Source: Cyanobacteria bacterium P01_D01_bin.156 (GTDB lineage Bacteria; Cyanobacteriota; Cyanobacteriia; Phormidesmidales; Phormidesmidaceae). From it: DNA of 31,824 nt. Below are positions 1 to 8,663 of the stretch, in pieces. The notes under the pieces are model-generated. The model made no database searches. It worked only from the letters and a program-made list of their open reading frames with translations, and was not told the origin of the DNA. Location: positions 1-31,824 of the forward strand of contig JBCCQQ010000068.1 in the NCBI GenBank assembly GCA_039024555.1, written 5' to 3'. The translations under genes were made by a program, and so were the position numbers. How positions within the stretch are numbered: the first letter of the stretch is position 1; each line of letters opens with the position of its first letter.

Positions 1-343
1 CAGCAGTACTACTGGTAGGGCTTTCATTCGCCTCAGGGATAGAAGCATCCGCTGTCCAGTCGGGTTCGGGAGCTGCCTCGGGTGCAGGCTCAGGGTCATC
101 ACTCCTCGTCTCAGTAATGGGGTCATCTGCTGGCGGCGGTTCTGCTGGCGGCGAGATGGGCGGTTCGGGAGGGCTGGACGGAGCGGCGGACGGAGACTCC
201 GATGCCGACAACGTTGGCAGCTGGCTGGCATCAACAAGAGAAATTGGACCCGTTGAACTTGAGGACACCGCCAAAGGGCGAGACTGTTCTTGCCATGGTA
301 AGAGCGCTAACAAACCGTGGAGCAACACGGAGATAAAAAGCAT
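1..343 (-). CDS. TonB-like Pro-rich membrane-anchored protein, N-terminal part (runs off the window; alternative TTG start at 391)
   Basis: Manual translation of the minus strand: MLFISVLLHGLLALLPWQEQ... (TM helix with SxxxH as in TonB anchors), then a Pro/Glu/Ala-rich spacer (PPEPPISPPAEPPPAD...PEPAPEAAPEP). Divergent from znuA across a Zur box. Confidence 0.6.
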   Translation of the reverse strand, partial: MLFISVLLHGLLALLPWQEQSRPLAVSSSSTGPISLVDASQLPTLSASESPSAAPSSPPEPPISPPAEPPPADDPITETRSDDPEPAPEAAPEPDWTADASIPEANESPTSSTA

Positions 344-451
344 TACACCGCTCGCTCGCTCTTTTTGTCCATGGCAATGTAGGTTAAACAATTCAGAAAT
401 TTAGTCGTGTTGACAGGCTAAAGGGCTAAATTGACACTAATAGGATAATAA

Positions 452-466
452 TGATAACCATTATCA
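452..466. promoter_or_regulatory. Zur box
   Basis: TGATAACCATTATCA, one mismatch to the cyanobacterial Zur consensus TGATAATNATTATCA; 41 bp upstream of znuA1; TTGACA at 431-436. Confidence 0.85.
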
Positions 467-507
467 CTGTCTTTGCCCTACTTTTGCCACCTGTAAAACG
501 ATAGCCC

Positions 508-1683
508 ATGAAACTTTCTTCTCGCTTATTCACTGCGCTTGCCGCCCTTGGTGGAACATCCGCGCTACTTCTGGGCAATCAGTCCGCCCAAAGCCAACCC
601 AGCCCTACAGTAGTGGCTAGCTATAGCGTCCTGTGCGATCTCACTGAACAAATCGCTCAAGACACCGTAGAGGTGGACTGCCTGATAGAAGCGGGTAACG
701 ATCCCCACCTCTACAGCGCCACCCCTGCCGACAGACAGGCCATTGAAACGGCCGATCTGGTTCTGTATGGTGGCTATGGGTTCGAGCCAGACATTATTCA
801 AATGGTCGAAGCAACAGATGGAGACACCCCTAAAATTGCCGTTTCCGAAGTTGCCGTCACCGATCCGCTTTTAGGGGAAGGTCACGACCATGGTCATGGA
901 GAAGAAGAAGATCATGATGACCATGGCGACGAAGACCATGATGACCATGATGGTGAGAAAGGCCATTCCGCCCAGAGCAAAGCAGGCCACGAAGACCACG
1001 ACCATGGCGAAGAAGGCCATGATGACCATGGGAAAGAAGAAGACCATGATGACCACGGAGAAGAAGATCACCACGACGACGAAGACCATGATGACCATGG
1101 CGACGAAGAGGGTGAACCTGACCCCCATGTCTGGCATGATGCAGAAAATGGCATTGAGATGGTGCATGTCATCGAGGAGCAGCTCAGTGAGGCCTTCCCT
1201 GAAAATGCTGAGCTTTACGCAGCCAATGCAGAGAGCTTAATCGATCAGCTCACTGTGCTCGATGTTTGGATTAAGCGACAGGTAGCTACGGTTCCCGAAT
1301 CGCAGCGAGTACTTGTAACCTCTCACGATGCGCTGGGCTACTACGCTGATGCCTATGGCATTCGCATTGAGGCTGCTTTAGAGAGCTTTAGTACTGAGGC
1401 TCGTCCATCAGCCGCCGACTTAAGAGAACTGATCGATCTTGTTGAAGACAGCAACCTGCCAAGTATTTTTGTAGAGGCCACTAGCAATCCTGGACTGATT
1501 GAAGCGGTTTCTCGGCAGACAGATATCGGCATTTCAGGAGAGCCTATTTATGCCGACGGCTTAGGCGAAGCTGGCACGCCTGCAGCCACCTATACAGGAA
1601 TGCTGATGACCAACACCTGCAATATCGTTACCGGATTGGGGGGCAGCTGCAACGAAGCTTCCATGCAGGCGTTTCTTGACTAA
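508..1683 (+). CDS. znuA: Zn/Mn ABC transporter substrate-binding protein (cluster A-I, ZnuA/TroA type) with long acidic His-rich loop
   Basis: Signal peptide; DPH, DPHVWH, SHDALGYY and YADGL ligand motifs; ~80-aa (G)EEDHDDH repeat loop; Zur box upstream. Confidence 0.9.
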   Translation: MKLSSRLFTALAALGGTSALLLGNQSAQSQPSPTVVASYSVLCDLTEQIAQDTVEVDCLIEAGNDPHLYSATPADRQAIETADLVLYGGYGFEPDIIQMVEATDGDTPKIAVSEVAVTDPLLGEGHDHGHGEEEDHDDHGDEDHDDHDGEKGHSAQSKAGHEDHDHGEEGHDDHGKEEDHDDHGEEDHHDDEDHDDHGDEEGEPDPHVWHDAENGIEMVHVIEEQLSEAFPENAELYAANAESLIDQLTVLDVWIKRQVATVPESQRVLVTSHDALGYYADAYGIRIEAALESFSTEARPSAADLRELIDLVEDSNLPSIFVEATSNPGLIEAVSRQTDIGISGEPIYADGLGEAGTPAATYTGMLMTNTCNIVTGLGGSCNEASMQAFLD

Positions 1684-1727
1684 ACGGTAGCCTTGATGCT
1701 CGGTGTGATGGTCAGAGACCATCGCCC

Positions 1728-1765
1728 TAAAGCCGTCTATGGGTTAGTACTCATAGGCGGCTTTA
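1728..1765 (+). terminator. Hairpin, probable intrinsic terminator after znuA1
   Basis: TAAAGCCGTCTATGGG...CTCATAGGCGGCTTTA inverted repeat 44 nt after the stop codon. Confidence 0.65.
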
Positions 1766-1940
1766 ATCTTGGCTTAGCGCCTATACTACCGATCTGGTAG
1801 TGCTATTGAGTGCAGGACAGAGAAAAATAGCCTGTCTCGTCATCCTTGAAAAATAGGGGGCTTGAAGCAAAGGTCATTATCCTCTAGCCTTCCTGAAATA
1901 GCACTACCTAAAGGGCTAGATTTACACTAGTAGACCAGTA

Positions 1941-1955
1941 TGATAATGGTTACCA
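1941..1955. promoter_or_regulatory. Zur box (degenerate)
   Basis: TGATAATGGTTACCA, at the homologous position in a duplicated copy of the znuA1 promoter. Confidence 0.7.
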
Positions 1956-1998
1956 TTCTATAGTCAACCTACTCTAGTCATCTGTGAAACGATAGCCC

Positions 1999-3030
1999 AT
2001 GAAACTTTCTTTTCGCCTATTGACTGCGCTTGCTGCCATTGGCGGAGCCTCCGCGCTTCTGGGCCATCAGTCTGCCCACAGCCAAATCACTCCTAGAGTA
2101 GTGGCGAGCTATAGCGTCCTGTGCGATCTCACTGAGCAAATCGCTCAAGATACCGTGGACGTAACCTGTCTTATAGAAGCGGGTGAAGATCCCCACATCT
2201 ACAGCGCAACGCCTGCCGACAGACGGGCTATTGGATTTGCCCATTTGGTTCTTTATGGGGGCTACGGGTTCGAGCCAGACATTATTCAAATGGCCGAGTC
2301 GACACACGGAAACACCCCTCTAATTGCCGTTTCCGAAGTTGCCGTTTCCGAACCGCTTTTAGGCGAAGCTCACGATCATGGCAGTCATCGTGACCGTGGT
2401 CATCGTAGTAATGGACACCATAACCACAGTCACCACCATGACCACCGCGAAGAGGGTATGTCACCGGATCCCCATGTCTGGCACGATGCCGAAAATGGCA
2501 TTGCAATAGTTCGCGTTATCCAAGAGGAGCTGAGCGTGATTTCTCCTGAAAATGCCGAAATTTATCAGACTAATGCAGAGGCCCTAATCGCTCAGCTCAC
2601 CCAACTCGATAGTTGGATTCAGCAACAGGTAGCCACGGTCCCCGAATCACAGCGGGTCCTGGTGACGACCCATGATGCATTGGGCTACTACGCCGATGCC
2701 TATGGCATTCGCATTGAGGCTGCGTTGGAAAGCTTTAGTACTGAGGCTCGTCCGTCAGCCGCCGACTTAAGAGAATTAATCGATCTTGTTGAAGACAGCA
2801 ACATACCTACTGTTTTTATAGAGTCAACTAGCAACCCTGGACTGATTGAAGCGGTTTCTCGGGAGACAGATATTGGCATTTCAGACGAGCCGCTTTATGC
2901 CGACAGCTTAGGCGAACCTGGCACACCCGCAGGGACCTATACAGGTATGCTAATGACCAATACCTGCACAATTGTCACCGGATTAGGTGGCAGATGCAAC
3001 GAAGCTGCTGTACAGGGATTTCTCGACTAA
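1999..3030 (+). CDS. znuA: Second ZnuA/TroA-type substrate-binding protein (tandem paralog, short His/Arg loop)
   Basis: Long identical stretches with 508..1683 (VVASYSVLCDLTEQIAQDTV; HDALGYYADAYGIRIEAALESFSTEARPSAADLRELIDLVEDSN); same ligand motifs. Confidence 0.9.
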   Translation: MKLSFRLLTALAAIGGASALLGHQSAHSQITPRVVASYSVLCDLTEQIAQDTVDVTCLIEAGEDPHIYSATPADRRAIGFAHLVLYGGYGFEPDIIQMAESTHGNTPLIAVSEVAVSEPLLGEAHDHGSHRDRGHRSNGHHNHSHHHDHREEGMSPDPHVWHDAENGIAIVRVIQEELSVISPENAEIYQTNAEALIAQLTQLDSWIQQQVATVPESQRVLVTTHDALGYYADAYGIRIEAALESFSTEARPSAADLRELIDLVEDSNIPTVFIESTSNPGLIEAVSRETDIGISDEPLYADSLGEPGTPAGTYTGMLMTNTCTIVTGLGGRCNEAAVQGFLD

Positions 3031-3159
3031 TCTATCCGGGTCTTCTCCCAAACCTAGAAGCAGTGTGCGGACTGCTTGCTGCATATCTTCATCTGAAACA
3101 GAAACTTTAGCTTCAGTACTCACTATCTGAACGTTATCGGGTGAAATGGAGAAGGTCAT
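3031..3159 (-). pseudogene. folE: GTP cyclohydrolase I (FolE) N-terminal remnant, 43 codons
   Basis: MTFSISPDNV...EDMQQAVRTLLLGLGEDPDR matches the FolE N-terminus (AVRTLLxGLGEDPDREGL); similarity stops exactly at the znuA2 stop codon. It lies downstream of a COG0523 gene, as in known cyanobacterial Zur operons. Confidence 0.8.
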
Positions 3160-3335
3160 ACATAACAAGTGGAAAAATTTGGTTGATTTATCGAGCGATG
3201 GCAAAGCCTGTCCAGAGCACCGTCGAGTACCGATCAACGTCTTTAGCCAACAACTGCAACACTCAATGAAAGAATTGCCGGATAGACAAATACCTATCTG
3301 GCGATTGCTATCACTAACCGATGAAACATTAACTA

Positions 3336-4439
3336 TCAGGCTAAACAAGCTGTAAGTTGTTTCCGAATGTCGTCACCATTGAGATGTCGCCCAATAAAAA
3401 CAATCTGGTTTCGAGGAGGAGTGCGCCATTCTTCCCCATCCAAGGAAAAGCGCATACCACTTAGCTGAAAGATATTGCGCAGCTCACTTTCTTCAAACCA
3501 GAGAATTCCTTTTGCTCGAAAAACATTCTTTGAAAGTTTGTTTTGCAAAAAGTTTTCAAACTTTTTGATGTGGAAGGGACGATCACTCTCAAATGCGATG
3601 GATACAAATCCATCATTATCGAGATGGGCCGAATGGTGGTGATGGTGTTCGTGATGCTCATGACCGTGATGCTCATGACCGTGATGACCGTGCTCGTGTC
3701 CGTGATGTTCATGCCCATGATGTTCGTCTCCATGCCCACGGTGCCCGTGATGATGGTGTTCGTGTTCCATCTGTTCAATTTCTTCCTGCACCAGCTCAGC
3801 ATAGGCTTCAGGGTTGTTGTATCCGACATCCAAAATTAGCGGCAGAGGCACTTGCCCCTGCTGGCTGTGCAAAATTCTTGCTCCCTCTTTAACGCTATTA
3901 AGATACTCTTCTACAGCCTCTACTTTGTCTGACGAAGCTAGATCAACCTTATTTACAACTGTGACATCAGCGTAGGTGATTTGCTTGAAGGCCGCTTCAC
4001 TCTCAAAATGATCGGGCGTGAAGTTTTCGGCATCCACCATGGTGATAATGGAATCTAGGCAGGTGAGGTCGCGCAGCTCTGTACCTAGAAACGTCAGGAT
4101 AATTGGCAGTGGATCTGCCACGCCTGTAGTCTCAATCACCATATAGTCCACACGATCAGTCCGCTCCATGATTCGATAAACAGCATCCACTAGATCGTCG
4201 TTGATGGTGCAGCAAATGCATCCGTTGCTCAGCTCAACCATATCTTCATCCATGGTGACTAAGAGCTGGCTGTCGATGTTGATATCACCAAATTCATTAA
4301 CTAGAACAGCAACCTTTAAATCTTTATTGTTGCTTAGAATGTGGTTCAACAGCGTTGTTTTACCACTACCCAGAAACCCGGTGATAATGGTAACGGGCAT
4401 TCCTCTTTTGGTTTGCAAAGGAGAGGATGAGACTGTCAT
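3336..4439 (-). CDS. COG0523 (CobW/ZigA family) G3E GTPase metallochaperone with His-rich insert
   Basis: GFLGSGKTT, NEFG, GCICC, ETTG, NKVD; ~28 His in the insert; C-terminal FRAKG CobW_C domain. Confidence 0.95.
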   Translation of the reverse strand: MTVSSSPLQTKRGMPVTIITGFLGSGKTTLLNHILSNNKDLKVAVLVNEFGDINIDSQLLVTMDEDMVELSNGCICCTINDDLVDAVYRIMERTDRVDYMVIETTGVADPLPIILTFLGTELRDLTCLDSIITMVDAENFTPDHFESEAAFKQITYADVTVVNKVDLASSDKVEAVEEYLNSVKEGARILHSQQGQVPLPLILDVGYNNPEAYAELVQEEIEQMEHEHHHHGHRGHGDEHHGHEHHGHEHGHHGHEHHGHEHHEHHHHHSAHLDNDGFVSIAFESDRPFHIKKFENFLQNKLSKNVFRAKGILWFEESELRNIFQLSGMRFSLDGEEWRTPPRNQIVFIGRHLNGDDIRKQLTACLA

Positions 4440-4493
4440 TAGATAAGCTCCGGAAGCAACGAAGTGAACTAAGCAAACAACGTGTTACCAAAA

Positions 4494-4508
4494 TGATAAT
4501 GATTATCA
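4494..4508. promoter_or_regulatory. Zur box (perfect)
   Basis: TGATAATGATTATCA, 54 bp upstream of the COG0523 start. Confidence 0.92.
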
Positions 4509-4671
4509 TTTTTGAATATATTACCTCAGTTCTCTAAATTGACGCGATCATAATCCTTAAAATCCATGACTCAGGTTCACTGTACGCGAGCTTAAAAGCA
4601 TTACTGCAGGTGCTGCCGCAGCAACGTGAACCGACCTCAGCTGCTCATCCCTCAATGTTCAGATACTTCAG

Positions 4672-5157
4672 CTATCCCACGTCCGGATGCAACCAACACT
4701 CCATGATGTAATTCAGGATGGGAACGCCGCGAACTTCGTGTGGGTTGTCGCGGACGACACGGAAACCATGGCGCTCGAAAAAAGGACGCGCTGTGATAGA
4801 GACCTCGGCGTAAAGTCGGAACAGATTGGATTGTCGCGCCTCCTGGAAGATTTGCTCCATGATTGCTGACATGTATCCCTTACCAGCATGAGCTGGGGAT
4901 ACGTAGGTGCAGTCGATGTGGCCATCAGCATCAAATTCAATGAAGCCCACCACATGGCCATCCACCACTGCAATCCAAGGCTGCTTGCGATCGCATCGCT
5001 TACGCCATTTCTCAGCCCACGCATCGTCACCCTCAATGGGAGTAGCCCAGGCGTTGCGCTGCTCCTCGGTGTAGTCGTCGCAGGTCAGTTGATGAACAGA
5101 ATCGTAGTAGATTCGGCCAATTGTAAGTTCATCACCGGGCTTGTACTTCCGAATCAT
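4672..5157 (-). CDS. GNAT family N-acetyltransferase (YafP-like)
   Basis: Probable start MIRKYKPGDE (ATG 5157); motifs GHIDCTYVSPAHAGKG and AEVSITARPFFERHGF. Confidence 0.85.
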   Translation of the reverse strand: MIRKYKPGDELTIGRIYYDSVHQLTCDDYTEEQRNAWATPIEGDDAWAEKWRKRCDRKQPWIAVVDGHVVGFIEFDADGHIDCTYVSPAHAGKGYMSAIMEQIFQEARQSNLFRLYAEVSITARPFFERHGFRVVRDNPHEVRGVPILNYIMECWLHPDVG

Positions 5158-5263
5158 AACCTGTGGGAGACTTACTCGCCGCCGCTGAAGTTCATGGTGA
5201 TCGTAGCAAGAATCATCAAGATATAAGATGAGTGACAACCATCATTATTCACTCAGCGACTCT

Positions 5264-6108
5264 ATGGACTGGCTGCTAGACCCCTTAAATTACGAGTTTA
5301 TGCGGCAAGCGCTTATGGCGGGTGTACTGATGGGCATTTTGTGTCCGATTGTTGGCACTTACCTGCTTGTACAGCGGATGGCACTGTTGGGAGATGTGGT
5401 AGCCCATGCGGTACTGCCAGGGTTAGCGATCGCAAACTTCCTAAATATTCCTTTGATTATCGGAGCCTTTGTCTTTGGCATGTTCGGCACCTTTGTCACA
5501 GGATGGATTCGCTCTCAATCTAAAGTAAAGGTCGATGCAGCCATGGCCATCACCCTCTCCAGCTTTTTCTCCCTCGGCATCGTCCTGTTTACCAGCCTGG
5601 GGAGTCGCTTAGACCTTGAAGAGCTGTTATTTGGCGATATCCTCAGCATTTCCCCAGCCGATGTATGGGAAATTGGGTTTGTCACGCTAGCTGTGTTGGT
5701 TGGCGTGAAGGTGTTCTACAAAGAACTGTTGTTTTTTACGTTTGATCCATTAGGGGCAGAAGCAATCGGTCTGCCGGTAACGGCAATGAATTTTGGATTG
5801 ACGGCTGCAATTACGCTAACGATTGTCGCCAACCTCAAGGCGGTAGGCTTTATTTTAGTTGTGGCACTGATGGTGAGTCCGGCGGCGGCGGCTTATTTAC
5901 TTACTAGAGAACTGCATTGGATGATGGTGGTGGGTGCAGGGTTAGGTGTGCTGTCTTGCCTGACGGGAATGTACATTAGCTACTAGTGAATACGCCGTCT
6001 GGGCCTGCGATTGCCTTAACTCTTTTTGCTTGTTTTTTATTGGCGTTGTTGTTTAGTCCTAGTCAGGGAATTTTGACTCGTGGTCGAGGGCAATCTAAAA
6101 AGGGTTGA
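5264..6108 (+). pseudogene. znuB: Metal ABC transporter permease (ZnuB/MntB) with a 1-nt frameshift near the 3' end
   Basis: MDWLLDPLNYEFMRQAL...GDVVAHAVLPG...LLFGDIL...FDP. The frame stops at TAG 5984-5986, but the shifted frame from 5989 continues NTPSGPAIALTLFACFLLALLFSPSQGILTR...TGA 6108, the normal last TM helix. Confidence 0.85.
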
Positions 6109-6164
6109 TTGCAAGGGGCTATTTTCAGAGGCTTAGTTTATTTATTCAGAATTTGTATCATTCA

Positions 6165-6414
6165 CACGGCTTGGAAAGCTAATTATCGGTATGTGGAGAA
6201 GAGAGTCGCCCAGGACTTTCCCTCCTCTTCGGAAGTATCAAGACTGTCCCGATTAGGCATACTGGGGTTTACCTCCCTGATCTGGGGACCTCAACGTCCC
6301 CAGGCCCCTCGCACAAGAGAGTATTGTTTCAAGGCTACAACAATTGATATGGGTGGTCGGTTAGGTGGGTTACGCTGTTCCGCATCCGCTCCACACCGTA
6401 AAAGTGAAGGTATT
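6165..6414 (-). repeat. Modular palindromic non-coding element, copy B (inverted relative to 15643-15891)
   Basis: Reverse complement aligns with 15643-15891: near-identical first ~70 nt, identical 17-mer AAACCCCAGTATGCCTA and 23-mer GGACGTTGAGGTCCCCAGATCAG. Confidence 0.9.
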
Positions 6415-6591
6415 CCTCATCTAGCTAGATTTTTTAGTGGGCAAATAATAATCACTCTCTCAGAATGTTTCATGTGATTGCAATAATTGCAAACAAAGGC
6501 GGGACAACCCTTTTTAGAATTTTGCGCGATCGAGCGTGAAATTCTAAACCGCTTTACCGGCCACCTCCCAACTCATGTCGCAATCAACCTG

Positions 6592-6749
6592 AATCCTCCG
6601 GTACGAGGGTTGTAGGGCGGCATCCCGCCCTGCCCATAGGGAAACCCCAGTATGCCTATGGGCAATAACCTGATTACTTCCGGAAAGGAACTCGGAGGAG
6701 CCCCGAGCAACCGATTTTGCTCTCAACCAACACGTTAATCTCACAAGTT
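6592..6749 (+). repeat. Partial copy C of the same element
   Basis: CCTC-N6-GAGG hairpin, identical 17-mer at 6642-6658, and a TTCCGGAAAGGA...CCCCGAGCAA block similar to copy A. Confidence 0.75.
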
Positions 6750-6922
6750 GGACAGGTGATCGGGAAAGCAGATTTGAAACTGCACCATCACGTTCCACAG
6801 AACTCAAAACCTAAGCAAACCAACTTTTCACGCCCCCTGAAAATAAAGGCTTGAACTTGTCTTTGTTAGTAACTTACCAGGCGTTTCCTTTACTGGACTA
6901 GGCAAAACGACTGCTCCATATT

Positions 6923-6937
6923 AAATAATGATTATCA
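6923..6937. promoter_or_regulatory. Zur box (13/15)
   Basis: AAATAATGATTATCA followed by TTT, as in the other boxes. Confidence 0.65.
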
Positions 6938-6960
6938 TTTTGATTTTTTTGATCTATGTC

Positions 6961-7122
6961 GTCTCCAGTGAACCCACAATTACCAGTGCCCATGAGGCGC
7001 AGATATTCACCCAGGTGGAACAGTTTTTGGGCCGTCATCCTGGTGACTATGTGCGGTTGTTGAGCATTGACCCTAAGGCAAAACAGCGTCAGCTAGAGAA
7101 AGTCATTCAGAAGCCAGAGTGA
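6961..7122 (+). pseudogene. C-terminal half of an RbcS-like (SSUL) domain as in CcmM or cyanobacterial Rubisco activase
   Basis: QVEQFLGRHPGDYVRLLSIDPKAKQRQLEKVIQKP resembles the SSUL signature (HxGEYVRLIGIDxxAKRRVxExIIQRP). The N-terminal half is absent; the ORF-track start lies inside the Zur box. Confidence 0.7.
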
Positions 7123-7403
7123 GCATCGAAAGTTAAATCATTTGCTAGTAAGGAATGCGAATGAAGATAAGACACCGCTGTAAAGCTTGACGATACCTGG
7201 ATTCCCCCACAGCACAAAGGGCATGCGCCAGAGGCGTAGTACAAGGCCGGACTGTTTCATTGTCTGGACAGAAAATCTGAAAGCATTAAAAGCTCCTTTG
7301 AGGATAGACATGCTCTACCTGGAAGTGAGCCAAACAACAGGGCGATAACCTGACTAATCGATCCCGCCGTAACCCCCACTTTAATGCAATTGAGAACAAC
7401 CTA

Positions 7404-7500
7404 GTAGGCTGGGTCCTAGGGAGGCCTCCCGGCCCTAGCCATGGGGGTTTGGGGAACTCGGGGGGACCCCAAACAACCGGTTTTGGCTCCCCCCAACCAT
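7404..7500 (+). repeat. GC-rich palindromic cluster; distant partial copy D
   Basis: GGAACTCGGGGGGACCCCAAACAACCGGTTTTGGCTC resembles copy C GGAACTCGGAGGAGCCCCGAGCAACCGATTTTGCTC; nested hairpins. Confidence 0.5.
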
Positions 7501-7678
7501 ATCTCAATTAAGCATGAACGAAGTAATAAACCTTACAGATTTTCTCTGGTGAATACGAAATGCTTCTGCCTCCCAGAAGGGTATTATCTTTATCGATTCT
7601 TATTAGAAACTGGCACCTTATAAGGTTCATTCTGCCACCCACTATGCGATATTGTTAGCCACCCCACACACAATAGTC

Positions 7679-8587
7679 ATGAAGCAGCCAAAAATCAGCC
7701 CTGCTATTCCCACCCGCCTGCGCCGCCGCGCTTTCCTTGCAATGGCGGGGGCAATGGTCGGCACAGTCGCCAGTGGAAGCCTTTGGAGCCCTGCAGCCCA
7801 TGCTTACGATGTCACCCTCTCACCAACAAATCCAAAGCTGGGCGATACCGTCTCCGTAGTTATCTCCGGTACTTCGGCTACCAGTACGGCCCCGGTTGTT
7901 TCAGTCAACGGCACCAACTATCCCAGCTTTCTGGTATCCGGCAATCGTTACCGAGCACTGGTCCCGACCAGCCCGCTGGATACCCCCGGACGTCTAACAG
8001 TGAATGTCTCTGCTGAAGGTTCATCGCGCAGCCTAGCAGTAAATCTGGCAAACCGATCCTTTAGCACCCAGCGCATTTGGCTACCTGCGGGTAGCACCGA
8101 CCTGGGTACCGATCACGAATTCGACCGCGTTGCCGAATTCAAACGCATCGTTACGCCAGAGCGTCACTGGCAAGGGGCACTAGTCCGTCCTAGTCAGGGT
8201 TACGTTAGTACCGTATTTGGCGTTCGACGCTATTACAACGGTGTGTTTGCCGAAAACTATTACCACCGAGGTGTGGACTATGCTGCCGCTACCGGCTCAC
8301 CGGTTGTGTCTCCAGCAGCGGGCACCATCCGGTTAGTAGGACGAGTGGCTGATGGCTTCGAACTGCACGGCAACACCATCGGCATCGACCACGGTCAAGG
8401 TGTATTGAGCATTATGATTCACCTCAGCCGCATAGACGTTGCTGAAGGAGACTTTGTTAATGCCGGACAGGTGATCGGTGGCGTAGGGTCCACAGGTGCC
8501 TCCACCGGTCCGCACCTACACTGGGGCCTTTACGTGAACGGTGTGGCTGTTGATCCGGTCCCCTGGCGCTTTGACGGTGTTGAATAA
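7679..8587 (+). CDS. M23 family metallopeptidase with Tat-like signal
   Basis: RRRAFL twin-arginine signal; HRGVD (HxxxD) and STGPHLHW (HxH) Zn motifs. Confidence 0.92.
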   Translation: MKQPKISPAIPTRLRRRAFLAMAGAMVGTVASGSLWSPAAHAYDVTLSPTNPKLGDTVSVVISGTSATSTAPVVSVNGTNYPSFLVSGNRYRALVPTSPLDTPGRLTVNVSAEGSSRSLAVNLANRSFSTQRIWLPAGSTDLGTDHEFDRVAEFKRIVTPERHWQGALVRPSQGYVSTVFGVRRYYNGVFAENYYHRGVDYAAATGSPVVSPAAGTIRLVGRVADGFELHGNTIGIDHGQGVLSIMIHLSRIDVAEGDFVNAGQVIGGVGSTGASTGPHLHWGLYVNGVAVDPVPWRFDGVE

Positions 8588-8663
8588 TCTCTTGTTGTCT
8601 TACACCTAAAAAAGAAAACCTTGATTGCTACCAATCATTGAGGCATACAGTCATTCAACTTTA

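Noticed and set aside
117..404. Gly-rich plus-strand ORF
   Set aside because: Antisense shadow of the Pro-rich TonB-like gene.
871..1240. Met/Thr-rich and Met/Val-rich ORFs, and the tandem DNA repeats as a possible CRISPR array
   Set aside because: Alternative frames of the znuA His-loop codon repeats; no constant repeat with unique spacers. The same applies to 3461-3892 and 18034-18316.
5984..5986. znuB TAG as a second amber-readthrough case alongside cysS
   Set aside because: It is followed by TGA and the continuation is in another frame, so it is a frameshift; no support for amber recoding.
6205..6230. GAGGGAAAGTCCTGGGC (minus strand) resembling the RNase P RNA GAGGAAAGTCC motif
   Set aside because: It lies at the wrong end of the element, is not conserved in copy A, and the other rnpB motifs are absent.
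6446..6460. Weak Zur-like site TAATAATCACTCTCT between copies B and C
   Set aside because: Four mismatches in an AT-rich region; not distinguishable from chance by eye.
6165..6749. Group II intron or cobalamin riboswitch interpretation of the repeat
   Set aside because: No domain V, GTGCG 5' end, reverse transcriptase ORF or B12-box recognisable.
6109..6807. ORFs 6109-6477 and 6544-6807
   Set aside because: They run through the non-coding repeat copies, are not conserved in frame between copies, and show no protein motifs.
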